64,000 nucleotides of DNA from Vairimorpha necatrix (taxonomy: Eukaryota). The DNA lies in assembly GCA_036630325.1 (NCBI GenBank), contig CP142727.1:1426001-1490000 (forward strand). Reading direction: 5' to 3'. Under the pieces are notes generated by a model. It was not told the origin of the DNA. It worked only from the letters and a program-made list of their open reading frames with translations, and did not search any database. The position numbers and the translations under genes are program-made. This document shows positions 1-13,484 of this stretch, in pieces. The stretch's first letter is position 1; each line of letters begins with the position of its first letter.

Positions 1-790
1 CACTTCTTAAGCCTCTTTCTTGGCCTCCTCCATTAAAAAGAGGTAACATTCTCACCCTTGGTCTTCTTCGGACATACAGCGCGCCTATTCCTTTAGGCCC
101 GTACATTTTATGACCACTCAAACTTAACAAATCTATATTCATTTTATTAACATCTATCTCAATATGCCCGACTCCCTGAGCCGCGTCAACGTGGAATAAA
201 ATATTTCTATCTTTACAAATCTTACCTATTTCTTTAAGTTTTTGTATAGACCCCATTTCATTATTAACAGCCATGACTGATACTAAAGCAGTGTCATTAG
301 TAATAGAATCTTCTAGTAGTTTAGGATCTAAAATACCAGTATTATCTACTGGTAAGTAAGTAATCTTAGCTCCTTCTTCTTCTAGTCTTCTACATGTGTC
401 TAGTACACATTTGTGCTCGATTTGTGTAGTAATAATGTGTACTGGTTTATTATCTTTCTTAAGAAAGGCGGCTACGCCTTTCAGAGCGAGATTGTTACTC
501 TCTGTGGCGCCACTAGTGAAAATTATCTCTTTTTCATTTGCGCCCAGTAAATCAGCCACTTGTTTCCTGGCGATTTCTACGCCTTTTTCTGCGTTCCAGC
601 CAAAAGAATGCGTCCGGGAATGCGGGTTGCCGAAAATTGAAGTGTAGTAGGGAAGCATGGCGTCTAATACACGCGGGTCTAGTGGTTTAGTAGCTTGAGA
701 GTCTAAATATATTCTCTTTGGAGTATTTGATACTAAATTTGGAGAAATTTTATTGACAGAAATGTCTGGAAATATGTTCAAGTTACTCAT
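1..790 (-). CDS. NFS1: Cysteine desulfurase Nfs1/IscS (3' end beyond the left window edge)
   Basis: Manual translation from the ATG at 790: [65 protein letters not shown]..., then [17 protein letters not shown] and the PLP-lysine motif [15 protein letters not shown] motif upstream of the ATG. Absent from the ORF track because it has no stop in the window. Confidence 0.97.
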   Translation of the reverse strand, partial: MSNLNIFPDISVNKISPNLVSNTPKRIYLDSQATKPLDPRVLDAMLPYYTSIFGNPHSRTHSFGWNAEKGVEIARKQVADLLGANEKEIIFTSGATESNNLALKGVAAFLKKDNKPVHIITTQIEHKCVLDTCRRLEEEGAKITYLPVDNTGILDPKLLEDSITNDTALVSVMAVNNEMGSIQKLKEIGKICKDRNILFHVDAAQGVGHIEIDVNKMNIDLLSLSGHKMYGPKGIGALYVRRRPRVRMLPLFNGGGQERGLRS

Positions 791-977
791 CTTAAAAAGG
801 GCAATAAAAAATTTTACACTAAAAAATAATCAAATTTTGGCTTTTTGAATTGTCCAAAGAGGTGTTTAATAATTTTATTAAAGATGTTGTCTTATTAAAA
901 TATTGTATTTATAATTATCTATAGAAGATATAATTTTGTCTAAATAAAAGTTAAGTAAACATTAATGATCTTTTATT

Positions 978-1406
978 TTATTGATCTTTACTATAAATTA
1001 AGCTTAAGAGATACATGATACTCACTTTACCATTCGCATCGGGATTTATTATTCTTAATATCTCCGCCAGTTCATATTCATCAAGTGCATATTGGCCAGT
1101 TGACAATGTATTGATCAGGGTATTGGCGTCAACTGTATCAGATTTATCAGAACTCAGAGATTCAAGACACTGTCTCAATTCTTCTTTAGAAATCTCATTT
1201 TTCTGTAATTCTTCACAGTGGATTAAATATTCACTAAAAGACAAGCCTGTCTCTGGACAACTTTGCCTTATCTTTTCTAAGGCCTTGTCTGTCAAAGAGA
1301 AGCCGGCGTGACTGAACAATTTATACAAATCGTCAACATGGACAGTCTCATGAGGAGAATCAACAAATAATTGGAAAACTTTAGACAATCTATTTTTATA
1401 ATCCAT
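978..1406 (-). CDS. Calmodulin/myosin-light-chain-like EF-hand protein (142 aa)
   Basis: Calmodulin-like size and helix pattern (LSKVFQLF..., ELRQCLESLSSDKSDTVDANTL, ELAEILRIINPDANGKVSI). ACCC directly precedes the ATG. Confidence 0.8.
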   Translation of the reverse strand: MDYKNRLSKVFQLFVDSPHETVHVDDLYKLFSHAGFSLTDKALEKIRQSCPETGLSFSEYLIHCEELQKNEISKEELRQCLESLSSDKSDTVDANTLINTLSTGQYALDEYELAEILRIINPDANGKVSIMYLLSLIYSKDQ

Positions 1407-1663
1407 GGGTATAAAAAAATGAACAAGAAAAGAACATTACAATTTATTTGTAATATTTTTACACAAAAAAATTTATATTTTTTTTTTACCAAGATATAAG
1501 AAAAGAACTTTACAATTTATTTATTATATTTTTACACAAATAAAAACATCTAGTTTTTGTTACAAATATATAAAAATTTATAGTTTTTTTTTCAAGATAT
1601 ATTTATAAGTTTTTTACAAATCTAATTTTATTTACATTTTCTATAATAATAACACATATAAAT

Positions 1664-2146
1664 TTACAAACTTCTTAAATTTAACATTAAAATTCTCTTT
1701 TCATTTTTACAATAAAAGAAAAAACAGAAATACCATTTACAATTCTCAAATGGTCCACTTCTATTTTTATACGAAAATATCTCGCATTTATCAAGTCGAA
1801 CTGTCTTGTCAATAATCAAACTTATAAATTGCACAAAATCTGACACTTACTTTTTACATTTATACAAAACCATAAGTGAGTACATAAGCTCATTTACTAC
1901 ATCTTGGTATGGCATAAGTGTGAAACTTAGAGCATTTTCATTCTCGAAATCGTAGTCCGGGTAGGCCAGGGCTAGTGTCTGGACGAGGTAACGAAAAGGC
2001 TTAGGGAGGGTATTAAATATTTTATCATTTTTTGAAGATTTACAAGAAAAGACTTCGAGATCAATTGTGAACGAAGGATGTTTCTCTTGGATTGATTTAA
2101 AAATCTCATTAGTTTTTAAGATTTGAGATATTTGTAAATATTTCAT
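1664..2146 (-). CDS. MAF1: Maf1 (RNA polymerase III repressor) homolog with one in-frame TAA at 1847-1849
   Basis: Two in-frame ORFs join into a Maf1 layout: MKYLQ...EVFSCK...DK (A box), YLVQTLALAYPDYDF (B box), LDKCEIFSY...GPF...WYFCFFFYCKNEKRIL (C box). The ATG at 2146 is preceded by ACCCTC. Confidence 0.85.
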
Positions 2147-2688
2147 GAGGGTATAGAAAAAAACAAACATAAACAAAATCAAACTAATGATCTAAATACA
2201 TATCTAAAAGTAAATTAAGTCTATAATAAACGCAATCTCGATGTATCTATAATAAACGCAGTATATTTGCATATTAAATTTAATGTATTTTTATTAACAA
2301 CGTAATTTATAATGCAAAACACACGTAACGTATTGTAAACCAATGATCTCCTCGATCAATCGCACATTACACATCCTCTAACATTTCCTCTTCAAAAATA
2401 AATTTTAATTAAACTTTATAATTTAATATTAAAAATTAGATTAAAAATAAGTAGCAACTCGAAATTCCAAACACAACCACTAGTAGCTCCCTTTTTATTG
2501 TGAAAACTCAAGCTATTTTTGGAATAAAAGAAAAAATTAATTAATACACATTTGAGATTGTTTACATCTAAACACAGACAAACAGATTAGAGAAAATAAA
2601 CTGATAAAAACAAATGATATCAAAAAAAAACATAGCAAACAAACACTTTGGCCGAGAAAAGATGGATTTATTGTAAATAAAAAACTTT

Positions 2689-2840
2689 AAATATGGCAAA
2701 TAGGCAGTAGCAAATATGGTAAATAAGCTAGTAAAAATATGGTAAATAGGCTAGTAAAAATATGGTAAATAAGCTACTAAAAATATGGTAAATAAACTAG
2801 TAAAAAACTGGTAAATAAACAAGTAAAAATATGGTAAATT
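2689..2840. repeat. Minisatellite, ~23-bp unit (AAAATATGGTAAATAAGCTAGTA), about 6 imperfect copies
   Basis: Tandem copies read directly, with no spacers. Lies in the divergent intergenic region between Maf1 and the homeobox gene. Confidence 0.9.
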
Positions 2841-3300
2841 GATATGGAAATTGTTAATACAATTAGTCACATAGAACAAAACAAATTTTACACCACTAGC
2901 AAACAAATATATAATAGGAAACAAATTATATTGAAATTTTAATTCTAATAATTTCGAATCTAATTATTTAAATTAATTTATGTCACTTTTCTCCCTTTTA
3001 TATAAATTTAGCAGCTTAGTATCATAAATATAAAATTCATAATACTCAAAAAAAAGTCAAGAAAAAACATAAAATTGATAATTTTATGTTTTGTTTTATT
3101 CATAATTAATTGAAAATTACGTTTTTGTTTATTTTATTTCAAAACTTTTAAAAATTATTTATTGATCAAAAAAAAAACAATAAAAAATGTTAAAAATTTT
3201 TTATTTTTGAAAATTCGTAATAAATATGTCAAAGTACTTATTTATCTGACTCATCATAGCTAATTTTTTTACTTTAATACTAAAAAATTCTAATACCCTC

Positions 3301-3696
3301 ATGTTTTCAAGTTCAAAAAGTTTTGACGCTGCTCTTGGTTTAATAAAACTGCGTAATATTGACAGAATAGTAAGACTTAATAATCCTTATAAAGAAGAAA
3401 TTACCAAAGCTGTATTAAATAGAGTATTTGAATTGACTGATAATCCGTCATATAACACTTTACTTGATTTAAGTATATTACTACACCAAGATATAAATAT
3501 AGTAAAAAACTGGTTTATAAGAATAAGAGAATTAAAGAGAAGAAATTCTAATTCTGATGTTGTAAAAGATTTTGATAAAAAAATTATAAAAAAAGCTGAA
3601 GATATTCCAGCTACTATAATAATGCAAATATTGTGTATTGTAAAAGATTCTTTGGCAGGTAGAAGCAAAATGAGAAGATCTAAAGTTAATATGTAA
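3301..3696 (+). CDS. Small divergent homeodomain protein (131 aa)
   Basis: Homeodomain spacing L..VF....PS......LS..L......VKNWF..R..KRR. ACCCTC precedes the ATG. Confidence 0.75.
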   Translation: MFSSSKSFDAALGLIKLRNIDRIVRLNNPYKEEITKAVLNRVFELTDNPSYNTLLDLSILLHQDINIVKNWFIRIRELKRRNSNSDVVKDFDKKIIKKAEDIPATIIMQILCIVKDSLAGRSKMRRSKVNM

Positions 3697-6600
3697 AAAA
3701 TAATAAAAATATGCTTCAGTAATTATATTATGTTTTAAGACGTGTATCATTTTTGTAATAGAAAGTTATAATGAAAAATTTGACATCAATATAAATTTGT
3801 TTATTTTTAATAAATATTTTTCATTTTAAAAAATTTTTAGAAAAAATAATAAACAAAAAATTAAACAAATTTAAAGGAAATAAAAAGTAGCCTTTTTATA
3901 CAATGAATATCGTATTTTGAGACAATGATTATCATACTTTGAGGTAAGAAAGTTTAGATAGATAATTAGTTATGTTTCAATATAGAAATAATTTTTTGTG
4001 TTAGTGATATTCCAATGTTTAGAAAAATTTGAACTGCAACGCACACCACATGCCAATAAATAAAAATTTTTCATGTCATTTGTCATATATTTATATTATA
4101 GTGATTTATCATTACTCGATTCTCTGAATATATGAACGAATGATTTGACATCCTGTCAAAAAGGCGAATAAATGGTAGCAAATTGTTTTTTTATAATTTG
4201 ATTTTGGACGTAGCTTACTGAACTATAACTTACAAGAATAAGACAAAAGATAAGAATTTAGTAAATATCAGAAGTAGCCCGTTCGACTTTGTAATAATAG
4301 TTGTATAATAAATTTTTTGAAGCAAGACATTATATATTAATCTATTTCTTCTAAAAAAAATACAGTTTTCTTTATAAAGTCCACATCATTTAGTATTTGC
4401 TGTCTATGTATGATAATTATTTTTGACATGAACTTCGAAATAGAGAATTTTAGTAAAAAAATTTAAAAAAATAATTCGTTCTAGATTCTTCTTATTTACA
4501 TAGTTTTTTATAATTAAACCAATGCTTGTTATGTATCGCTTTTAGCACAACTTTTTCTTGCATTAAAATTTTATTATTAGATTATAAGATGGAGAAAACA
4601 AAAAAAATTTCGGTTTTTTTTGTTCTATACAAAAACATTAACTATTAGAGTTAAAAAAACAAATATTTATTTTCGGATTACTATGATTAATTTTTGTTCG
4701 TTGTGGCTTGAGCATAAAAATTTTTTTTTGTTACCATCTCTAGCACTACATATACCAGCTTTCGGAATCTTAAGCATCAATTATATAAAATTTATCAAAT
4801 ATATACTTTTATTTCCAAAAAAAATTACTCTTTTACTCAAGACTTATACCGTGGATTTTATAACGCTTATGATATTTGCCCCTGATCAAAGTACGGGGTA
4901 AAAAAGCAACAATATTGTTTGTATTTGGCCTTGCAGTTTGATTTATCCATAAAAAACTCACAAGTCAAATATAACATGGTCTCATTTTGTAAAAATCGTC
5001 ATTCAAATTTTGTAGAATTATTTTCTTTTGAGTATTTTGCGTCCTATAACGCATTCATGACATTTACAAGATAATGTTTGGTCTTAGCAAAAAAATATTC
5101 TCTTCAACAAATTAAAGTTTATACTTTCAATATTACAATAAAACAGAAATTGTTAATTTTAAATAAAATAATTATCTTATTATATGAAATTAAAAATTGA
5201 ATGCCTGTATTCACAACTTATTTACACAATTATCTTGTTTCAACTAGCAAATGTTACGATGTTCTTTGAGTTAAAAATTCGACAAACTCTTTGATAAAAA
5301 TCATGGAATAAAATAATTGCCAATATGATTAATATTGCTTACAATATGAGAAATTCTTTTGTAAAGATGTTTCTGTATCATTTTTTGATCAAAATAATAT
5401 ACTTCCATGAAGTGGATTTTTTTCTCACAGTGCGATCGGATTTCTTTCGTTTGTAAATAACCTTGAGTCTTTATTGTTTCAGACTAGACCATGTTAATTT
5501 TATCGACAAGATTGTAAATTACTTTCTTTATATATAACTTTTTAGTTCCTTCATTTTACATGCCAGCTGCATTATTAAAATCACTGTTTGACCAACTTTT
5601 GTGAACTTCTATGCTCAAACAACCCTAGGCTATTTTTAGCGCCCTGTGTTGTGTTAAAATCCAGAGGAATATTGAGACTTGGCTCATTACTAAATAGTCA
5701 GTTATTATCAATCAAACTTTCCGAAAATTTATTGTTGTTTTGAGGTAAATTTAGATTTTTCTTCACAAATATGTCCCTTCTTTACCTCGTCGTATTCCTA
5801 AATTAATTTTCTATTTTATATTATGAACATTTATACTATACAGTTCTATTTTTGGTTTATATATAGATCATTGTAAATTATTTTACAAATTTATAATTTA
5901 TTTTTTTAATTTAAATTAGACATTTTATTTAATTTTGTACATATTAAAGACTCAGTATATATATATCTATAGGCCTATTTTTAGTTATAAAAATAGCAAC
6001 ATTAGATATTAAAATAATTTCTCCCCCCTAAATATTAAAAAAATTCCAGTACATTTAATTAATATTAGTTTTACCAAATTCTCCCATATTAATATAATTA
6101 CATAATGTCCAAGAATTATTTATAAGTGTATATGGCGTTACCCTTCTAGTGCAGTCGCTAAAAAATTTGTCTGCTTTGTTCAAGATTTAAATATAATTAC
6201 AAAATGAAACATTTATTTGGTAAATACCATATCAATTTGAAGCTTATTTTCTACAAGAGATTATAACGGGGCTTACGAATCCTTTTTTAAATAAATTATT
6301 GTAGCGTTAACTACTATAATTATTGTCCTAAAACTAAATTTTGCACATATAAACTATATTTCAGCCTCATTTTTGTATATTATTCTTATTAATGATTTCA
6401 AAGAACAAAATACAAAAAAATATTTTAACAATTGATAAAGCATATAAAAAGGATTCTAAATGATTCCACAATATTTAAATACATAAAAATTTTAGTGTTT
6501 TTTTGAAAACGACCATGTTATAAAATATAGACTAGTAAGTAAAATTTTGCGCAGCATATTTGAAAAAATTATTTTATATTAATAGATTAGCAATGCCTAT

Positions 6601-7164
6601 TTAGAATCGTGAACGGTCAAATATATTGTCAAAGTAAAAAATACCTTGTTTTTTAAAAATTTAGATTCGAATAAAAAAATTGGTATGTTTAATATTAAAA
6701 AGACGAAACATCATATAATAACCCAGAAAAAGATAATTTTATTATGTATGAAACGCATTTAGATGCACAATAAAAAATATTGAAGTACAATTATGATACA
6801 AATTTATTTAAAATTAAATACAACGCGTTATTCTTGATATAAAATTATTTCATTTATCGTAGAGCACAAATGCGTCATATGAAAATGCGATTTAAGTTTG
6901 CCAGATTCTTAAAAAAGTTCCTCAGCAAATCTTTTTGTGCAATATAAATTAGATTACTGCAAAAAAAAAACTGTTAGTCTCTTACTATATATTTTAGGCG
7001 ACTACATATATGCATAGTTTTGTCAAAGTATTATTGGATCAAGGTATAAAATTTGAAAAATTTAAACTCAAAATTATTATTTTATTGTACGATAAAAAAA
7101 CGCAAGTGGACTAAATTCGTCCAGAAAACAAAAAAAAACATAAAATTTTTTTTTAATTTTGAAA

Positions 7165-7911
7165 TTATTCGCAAATTGGCCTTGTACAAACCTCAATTGA
7201 ATTGTTATTAAATCCATCTTCAACACCCTGGAACGATAATGGTATATCATTAGAGCTAAAATTATCATGATTCATTAAATTGTTAGTTTCATCCACACTA
7301 CTTTCATAAAACACTTTTTTATTACTAAATATTTCTCCAAGAATGTCGTTTTTAAATACTTGTATAATTTTTTCGGTGCATTCCGTATTTATCTTCATCT
7401 CGATATTATTTCTTAAACTGTATTTCAGTATTGCTTCATCCGCCTTATTTTCAATTTTATAATATAGACTCAAATAGTATATTAATTTATAACTTCTAAA
7501 TGCTAACGCTTGGAAAAACTTATTAATTTTTCTTAATTTTAGCTTATTTTTTCGACTTATTAAAAATAAGACAACTTCAAGTTGAAATTTTTTTTCATAT
7601 TGTTTCATTTCGACATTCTCAATATAATTTTTTATTTCAAAAACCGTATTTAAAGTTTCGTTGACAGAGGTATCATGCATTAATATTTTAAATACAATAT
7701 GCGATACTTTGGACAGCTTATCAATGTCAATGGAATCGTATCGAATTATGTTTGCATTTTTAATGATATGTTTCAAACATTTGGATCTGTTAATATTTTC
7801 TTCAAAAAAAATAGTCATGTTTTTGGCTGTTGCATAAACTTCATGTGAATTAGAATCATTTTCTAACTGGCCTGAAGTTATGATTTGATTTATTACAACA
7901 AATAGCATCAT
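7165..7911 (-). CDS. Hypothetical protein (248 aa), short hydrophobic N-terminus, possibly secreted
   Basis: Long ORF in very AT-rich DNA; CCC 5 nt upstream of the ATG; N-terminus MMLFVVINQIITS. No family recognised. Confidence 0.7.
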   Translation of the reverse strand: MMLFVVINQIITSGQLENDSNSHEVYATAKNMTIFFEENINRSKCLKHIIKNANIIRYDSIDIDKLSKVSHIVFKILMHDTSVNETLNTVFEIKNYIENVEMKQYEKKFQLEVVLFLISRKNKLKLRKINKFFQALAFRSYKLIYYLSLYYKIENKADEAILKYSLRNNIEMKINTECTEKIIQVFKNDILGEIFSNKKVFYESSVDETNNLMNHDNFSSNDIPLSFQGVEDGFNNNSIEVCTRPICE

Positions 7912-10900
7912 AATTAGGGCAATTGAAATTTTAATATTTTAAAACAACTATTAAAACGTTATATTTAGTCATATGACCTCTGTAATAATTATTAAACTAA
8001 TGTAGTTTTATCATAATAACACTTAGTAAAAAAAGCACTAAAGCTTAAACTAAAAAGTTAAGTTTTTGACTTTGTAAACTCATCGAAAAAAATCGTCCTT
8101 TAGTAATATAATTATGTATTTACAATTATATAGAGTTAATATGACGTGTCATATTAACAAAACAAATGAACAAAAAGAAATGATATATGCCGTTCCATAA
8201 CGGCAATAATACATCTAAATTTTGAATTCGAGTTAAAAATTGATTTATATACCGAAACCTCTGTCCATATGAAATATTTGACTATATTAGCTCATAATAA
8301 GTCCTATAGTACAATATAGTTTTCCTTTTTAAATTACTTGATGATATTTGTTTTAAAAATTCAATTTTCTAGATATTTGATTTACTTTAGTGCTTGTATT
8401 ATAAAAGTATAATAAAATTTATGAATACATTAAATGCAACAAGAGTATATCATATAAGTATATTAGTAGAAATTTAATATTTACAGATTGATTTAATAGC
8501 TTAAGCTATCTTGGAAAAAAAATTAATACTGATATTACTGAGAGATAATATTGGCTTAGTTGTAAATAAAATTAAATTATATAAAAAATTGCTAATAGAT
8601 ATATCTTTGATAATTATATAACCCTCAGTATGAATTTCATACTTGGAAAGAACCACCTAAATTTTTTTTTACAAATGTCTTTATATAGGCTTAATTTGAC
8701 GATACATATGTAATACTAATATAGGATATCGTAGCAAATCACCTTTTGACAAATTGACGTATTTGATTGGCTTTTAAACTATTTAAAATCATTTTTAAAA
8801 GAGGAGATGGAAATTTCTTAAAGCAATTGACATAGAATTTACAATATTTTGAAAACAACCTCCGACCTTAATTTAAAAATAAACATATGATAATAAAATC
8901 GTTGGTCAGTGATGAAAATTTTTGTAATTTACAAGATTGATTTTGATTCTAGTACAAAACTGAATATTTTAAGATTGTCTTTTGATTTTTATTCATTGAA
9001 TTGTTGCACTAATTCCGACAAAATTATTGTGTTATCAACACAAAATATGTGCGTCCAGATAAAAAACAAGTATTTTTCAATTTTTTGTTCAATAATTGTT
9101 GCGATGCACCAGCCCGAGGCCGGTTTTTTTTATTTTCGAGACTCCTCAAAAAAAAAGAAAACAAATAACATTAAAATCAATTTTATCAATAACAAATTTT
9201 TTTATATTTTTAGAATTACTCTACTTATTCTTTGACATTTGAGTTCTGCAAATCTTCGGGGTCGCACTGTTTTTTATAGCTTTTTTAGAAATGTTATCAC
9301 ATTCGACGTGACTAGGCATTTTCTATTATATTGTTAGTATCCTCGCTTCAATTCTAAACCTCTATACTTAATCAAAACGGAATGTAAGATTGACATGAGA
9401 CAAATACACGGCATTAGTTATACGAGTGGGTTTATTTTTGATTTAATTTTTGAAATAATGTCCTACTAGGAGCCGTGAGTTGGTACAAGTATGGGTCTAA
9501 ATTCCGTGGTCCGTAGTTTATAGTACTACAAGCATCAAATTTCTATAAATCTTGTATATTTATATTGAGATTAAATGTATTTTGCTTCAGCATTTTCATT
9601 TGGTCGTTGTGTTACAACTCTAACTGTTTTAATATCTTTGATATTTATTATTTTCTTTTTCCCAATGCTCCGATTTGATTTTATTAGCCCTAATAACACT
9701 GAAACTACATATGAAAATTCTTGTTTGTTTTATATCTGAACTGCCTTTCGTCGAAAAAACATATAATATAAGAATTATTACCTTTAGTAATTATATATGA
9801 AAATAAAGTTTTGTCAAAATGCCCAATTGAACTTTTACAACTCATCTTCTCACTGTATCCAAGCCTATATCATTAAATGTACGAAGTTTTTGTGTTAATA
9901 CAATTCCTTTTTTTTTTGCATATTATTGATATAATTTAGTTTTTTAATGACTTTTATTAGACATGATATTGCTTGTGCATATCTTAGATGATTTTTGATC
10001 TTTTTACGCCACAGACGTGTTTGTAAAAAAAATAAATTTAAAAATTCATTCAAAAAGAAAAAAGGTTCATAAAAAAAGAGTTATCTTTTTGTTAAATTTT
10101 AAAAAAATCTGTAAAATTTCGACTTCTGCCCTATTTCTATATAAAAACTTTCCACCCTTTACGGACCAAGCCCGGATTAGAAACCTAAAAAATGTGATTT
10201 TAGGGCCCAGTCTTTACGTGAGTTTTGTTAAATTTATAATTTTTTCAAGACCTTGATAGTTATATTGAGTCAACTACTATATTAGAATATTATTTGGGTG
10301 AAATCAACTAAAGAAATGACGATTTAAATCGGTAAAATATCTTGATATAGAAAAAAAAGCGTTTGCGTGCACAAATCATTAGAAAATGGATTTTTCAATC
10401 TAATATTATTTGTAAGTTATGATACACAAAGATTATTTGTGATGTTCACTTATCTTTTTTATATGATCACTTCATAGTATTTCATATTTTTAGGTATGAT
10501 TCAATAAGAAATCAAAAATTTTTATAAAATTAAAATATTTTTTTAGTACCCTTCATCAACATATTATATTTAAATATTATGTCGTACTTTGTAGCTTTAT
10601 TTTTTCATCTGATGATAATGTAATTCTATTTTTAAATAATTTTTCCTTTTCGTACATTGTTTAAGTTGCACATCTTATGGACAGTTATGTTATATCTCAA
10701 CTTCGTATTCTACTTCAAACATTATATAAGGTGTCAAAAAAGAGTTTATACACATCTGACTCAGAGTATTGATTTAAATTAATTGACATGTATTGAATAT
10801 TTTTTTAATGAATAATATCAAGTTAATTTGGAGGATTAAATGTGCGACGGAATATTTTTTGGTGATAAAGCACCACCAAGTAGAATAAAAATTCTGTATT

Positions 10901-11183
10901 TTGTATTTTAATGTATTTGATAGTATATAAGAAATTAAATAAGAAATGTGGTAATTGTCAAATTGCTATTTTCGAATAAAAAAATATTAATTAAATAATA
11001 CCTACATTTTAAAAGAAACATATAGCTTGTTTGAATTAAGTCTTTTTTATGTAAAGTTTTTAGAATAAAATCATGATATAGTTTTGATATATATTTTGGT
11101 TTGTGCATATTTTAATAACCATGTAATAAAAAATATATCTCTACATGTGATATTATATCTTCAGTCAAAAAAATCTATTTAAA

Positions 11184-12041
11184 CTAATCATTTATCACTA
11201 TTTCATAAACCAATTGCTTGGTCAAAATAATGTATATTAGATTTAATCGTTCTTTACATAAATTTAGATTAAAATATATGTTACCAATCTTGCATTTTAT
11301 GCTATATATTGACTTAGTAATGAGTTCATTTGTATCATTATTATTCATTAATATTATTTTATTGATTACGCATTGTATATTAACAATTTCCAATAATTCT
11401 AAAACTTTCTTGTTTCTATTAACTATGAGTAATGACTCTACAGGATTTTTATATGAATCTTTATCAATGTTATCGAATCTGTTGAGGAAAATAAATATTT
11501 TTTGGAGCAAATCTAACCACAAAAAAACATCATTATTTTCGCCTTTTTTAATAAATCTATTCAAAATGAGTGCAATATTACGTTTAAGATTATCTAAATG
11601 TATAAACATATGATTTAGTGGGCCCACGTACTTTGCATATATATTACACTTAAGAAGGGATGGACAAATAATTGAATGTGGATTTCGTATAGGTACAATA
11701 TTAATATATTGATTTTCAAAATCATCTAAAATATTTACACTTGTTCTATACTCCACATATAATTCATCTGAAGACTTCTCATTTTTGATATTTTTATTAA
11801 TCCCTTTATTGTAATCGTTTATATCATGATATAAATTTGAAAAACTGTTAATATTATATAAATTAGATTTTGTTTCTGCAAAAAATAATTGCGGTTTCAC
11901 AAAAACATTTGAAGAACTACTTTGTTGATTATTTTTTTCCACTTCACACATTCCATCTTCAAATAAAGACAAATCGAAATCATCTATAGATTCTTGAAAT
12001 AATGAACATTTTAACTGAAACAAAAAACAAAGACAATTCAT
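11184..12041 (-). CDS. Hypothetical protein (~285 aa), short hydrophobic Cys-containing N-terminus, possibly secreted
   Basis: Long ORF. The second ATG (12041, MNCLCFLFQLKCS) is preceded by ACCCAT, so it is preferred over 12062. Acidic stretch followed by a helical-looking C-terminus. Confidence 0.7.
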   Translation of the reverse strand: MNCLCFLFQLKCSLFQESIDDFDLSLFEDGMCEVEKNNQQSSSSNVFVKPQLFFAETKSNLYNINSFSNLYHDINDYNKGINKNIKNEKSSDELYVEYRTSVNILDDFENQYINIVPIRNPHSIICPSLLKCNIYAKYVGPLNHMFIHLDNLKRNIALILNRFIKKGENNDVFLWLDLLQKIFIFLNRFDNIDKDSYKNPVESLLIVNRNKKVLELLEIVNIQCVINKIILMNNNDTNELITKSIYSIKCKIGNIYFNLNLCKERLNLIYIILTKQLVYEIVIND

Positions 12042-13484
12042 ATGGGTATAATTATCAAACATTTCATAAGTAAAAGAAAACTTACAAAAATGTAATTATC
12101 ACAATATTAATTTTTTGACTTTTTTTAGCCCAAATAATTTTTTATAAAATGTAAAATTTATATCATACTTTTCATATTTGTTGCGGTGACGTACTAAATA
12201 TAAAGCTATATTCATGTATAAACTCAACGATTAAAATGTGTAGTTTGATTTTTTCTAAAAATCTATGAAGTCTATCGCCTTAAATTTAATTTATCAATTC
12301 CTACAACTTAATTAAAAAAAACAAACTCGCAAATTTGATAATAATCAAAAACATTAAACTTGACCTTTAAAATGAATTCATAAACCTCTCAAACATATCT
12401 TCTTTTTATTTTTATTTGAATTCATATTTTAAAGTTGAAACGAACATAAAACAATGTATGCAAAAGTAAAGCCACAGCCAAAAAACATATTATAGATATT
12501 TTCGTTTTCTGGGGTGTCTAAATTTATTATTTATTTTTTCGAAAAATACTTTTATGATATTTAAATAAAAATAAATAGTATAATTAGCATTAAACAACAT
12601 GATATGTATATTAACATATTATATAGAGAAAACTAATCATTTTTATATATAATACAAATAAACCAAAGGACCTATTTAATAATATTTTTTTTGTAATGCA
12701 CAGGCTAAAGTACCTCATTCGATTGATTTTAGGTATGTATATGATTTTTTGGCAAAATGACCCCATAAATAAAATTACTTTCATTCATAATAAAGAATAA
12801 AATTAATGACGAAAAATTTGAAAAAAAAGTTCTTCAAGAAGGCAATTTGTTTTCTGTTCGTGTTGTCATATATAACTCCAACAAGCACTTTAATCATAGT
12901 AAAATATTAATTCGACGTTTTTTTAGTGGGGTTTTTAATTACATAAATAACCCACAAAATTTAACCATACGTTCTTGCAAAAATACATTACTTCGAGGGG
13001 AGTTATTGTTTTAAAATCAGCAAAATATCCTTTGTGACATATATATATACTTTGTTTGTGATTTTCCTTTTTTTATATATTACAAATTGCAAAATTAGGA
13101 ATCACAATCTAATTTTAAACTGAAGCATATCACTCATATAACCACTCTAGTCATATTAAACTTCTATTTTCCATTAAATCTAGTTAGGTGAACTTTTAAT
13201 ATCTAATTTATCACAATTTTAAATTTATTTAATCAAATATCTATTTCAATATAGCATCAATTAAAAGAAAAAAGAATACTGACAAATGTTATAAATATTA
13301 CAACAAGGTCCGTTGGCATTATTCAAATTTTCATGATATATATATTTTTAATATTTTAGGCTATGTAAATACCAACGAATAAAGATGAGCACCAAGAGGG
13401 GTTCGCTTAAAGAAGGGATTAATCCTTTGAAGAACGATAGCAAAACCAGAAATAATCATCTTTAGAGCTAAAGATAAAACTTTA

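Noticed and set aside
396-1311. Plus-strand ORFs 396-647 and 1015-1311
   Set aside because: Antisense shadows of Nfs1 and the EF-hand gene.
1847-1849. Alternative genetic code (TAA reassigned)
   Set aside because: TAA ends several apparently complete genes here (EF-hand, homeobox, Maf1 itself), and long ORFs lack internal TAA.
2689-2840. 23-bp repeats as a CRISPR array
   Set aside because: Units are directly tandem with no unique spacers; eukaryotic context; no cas genes.
9100-9270. GC-rich patches as TIRs or a structured RNA
   Set aside because: Could not form a convincing inverted pair or recognisable RNA fold.
4620-10256. Short F/I/K/L-rich ORFs (4620, 8909, 10017; likewise 42359, 43495, 45695, 53923, 58063)
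   Set aside because: Composition expected from random AT-rich DNA, often with non-ATG starts, and no motifs.
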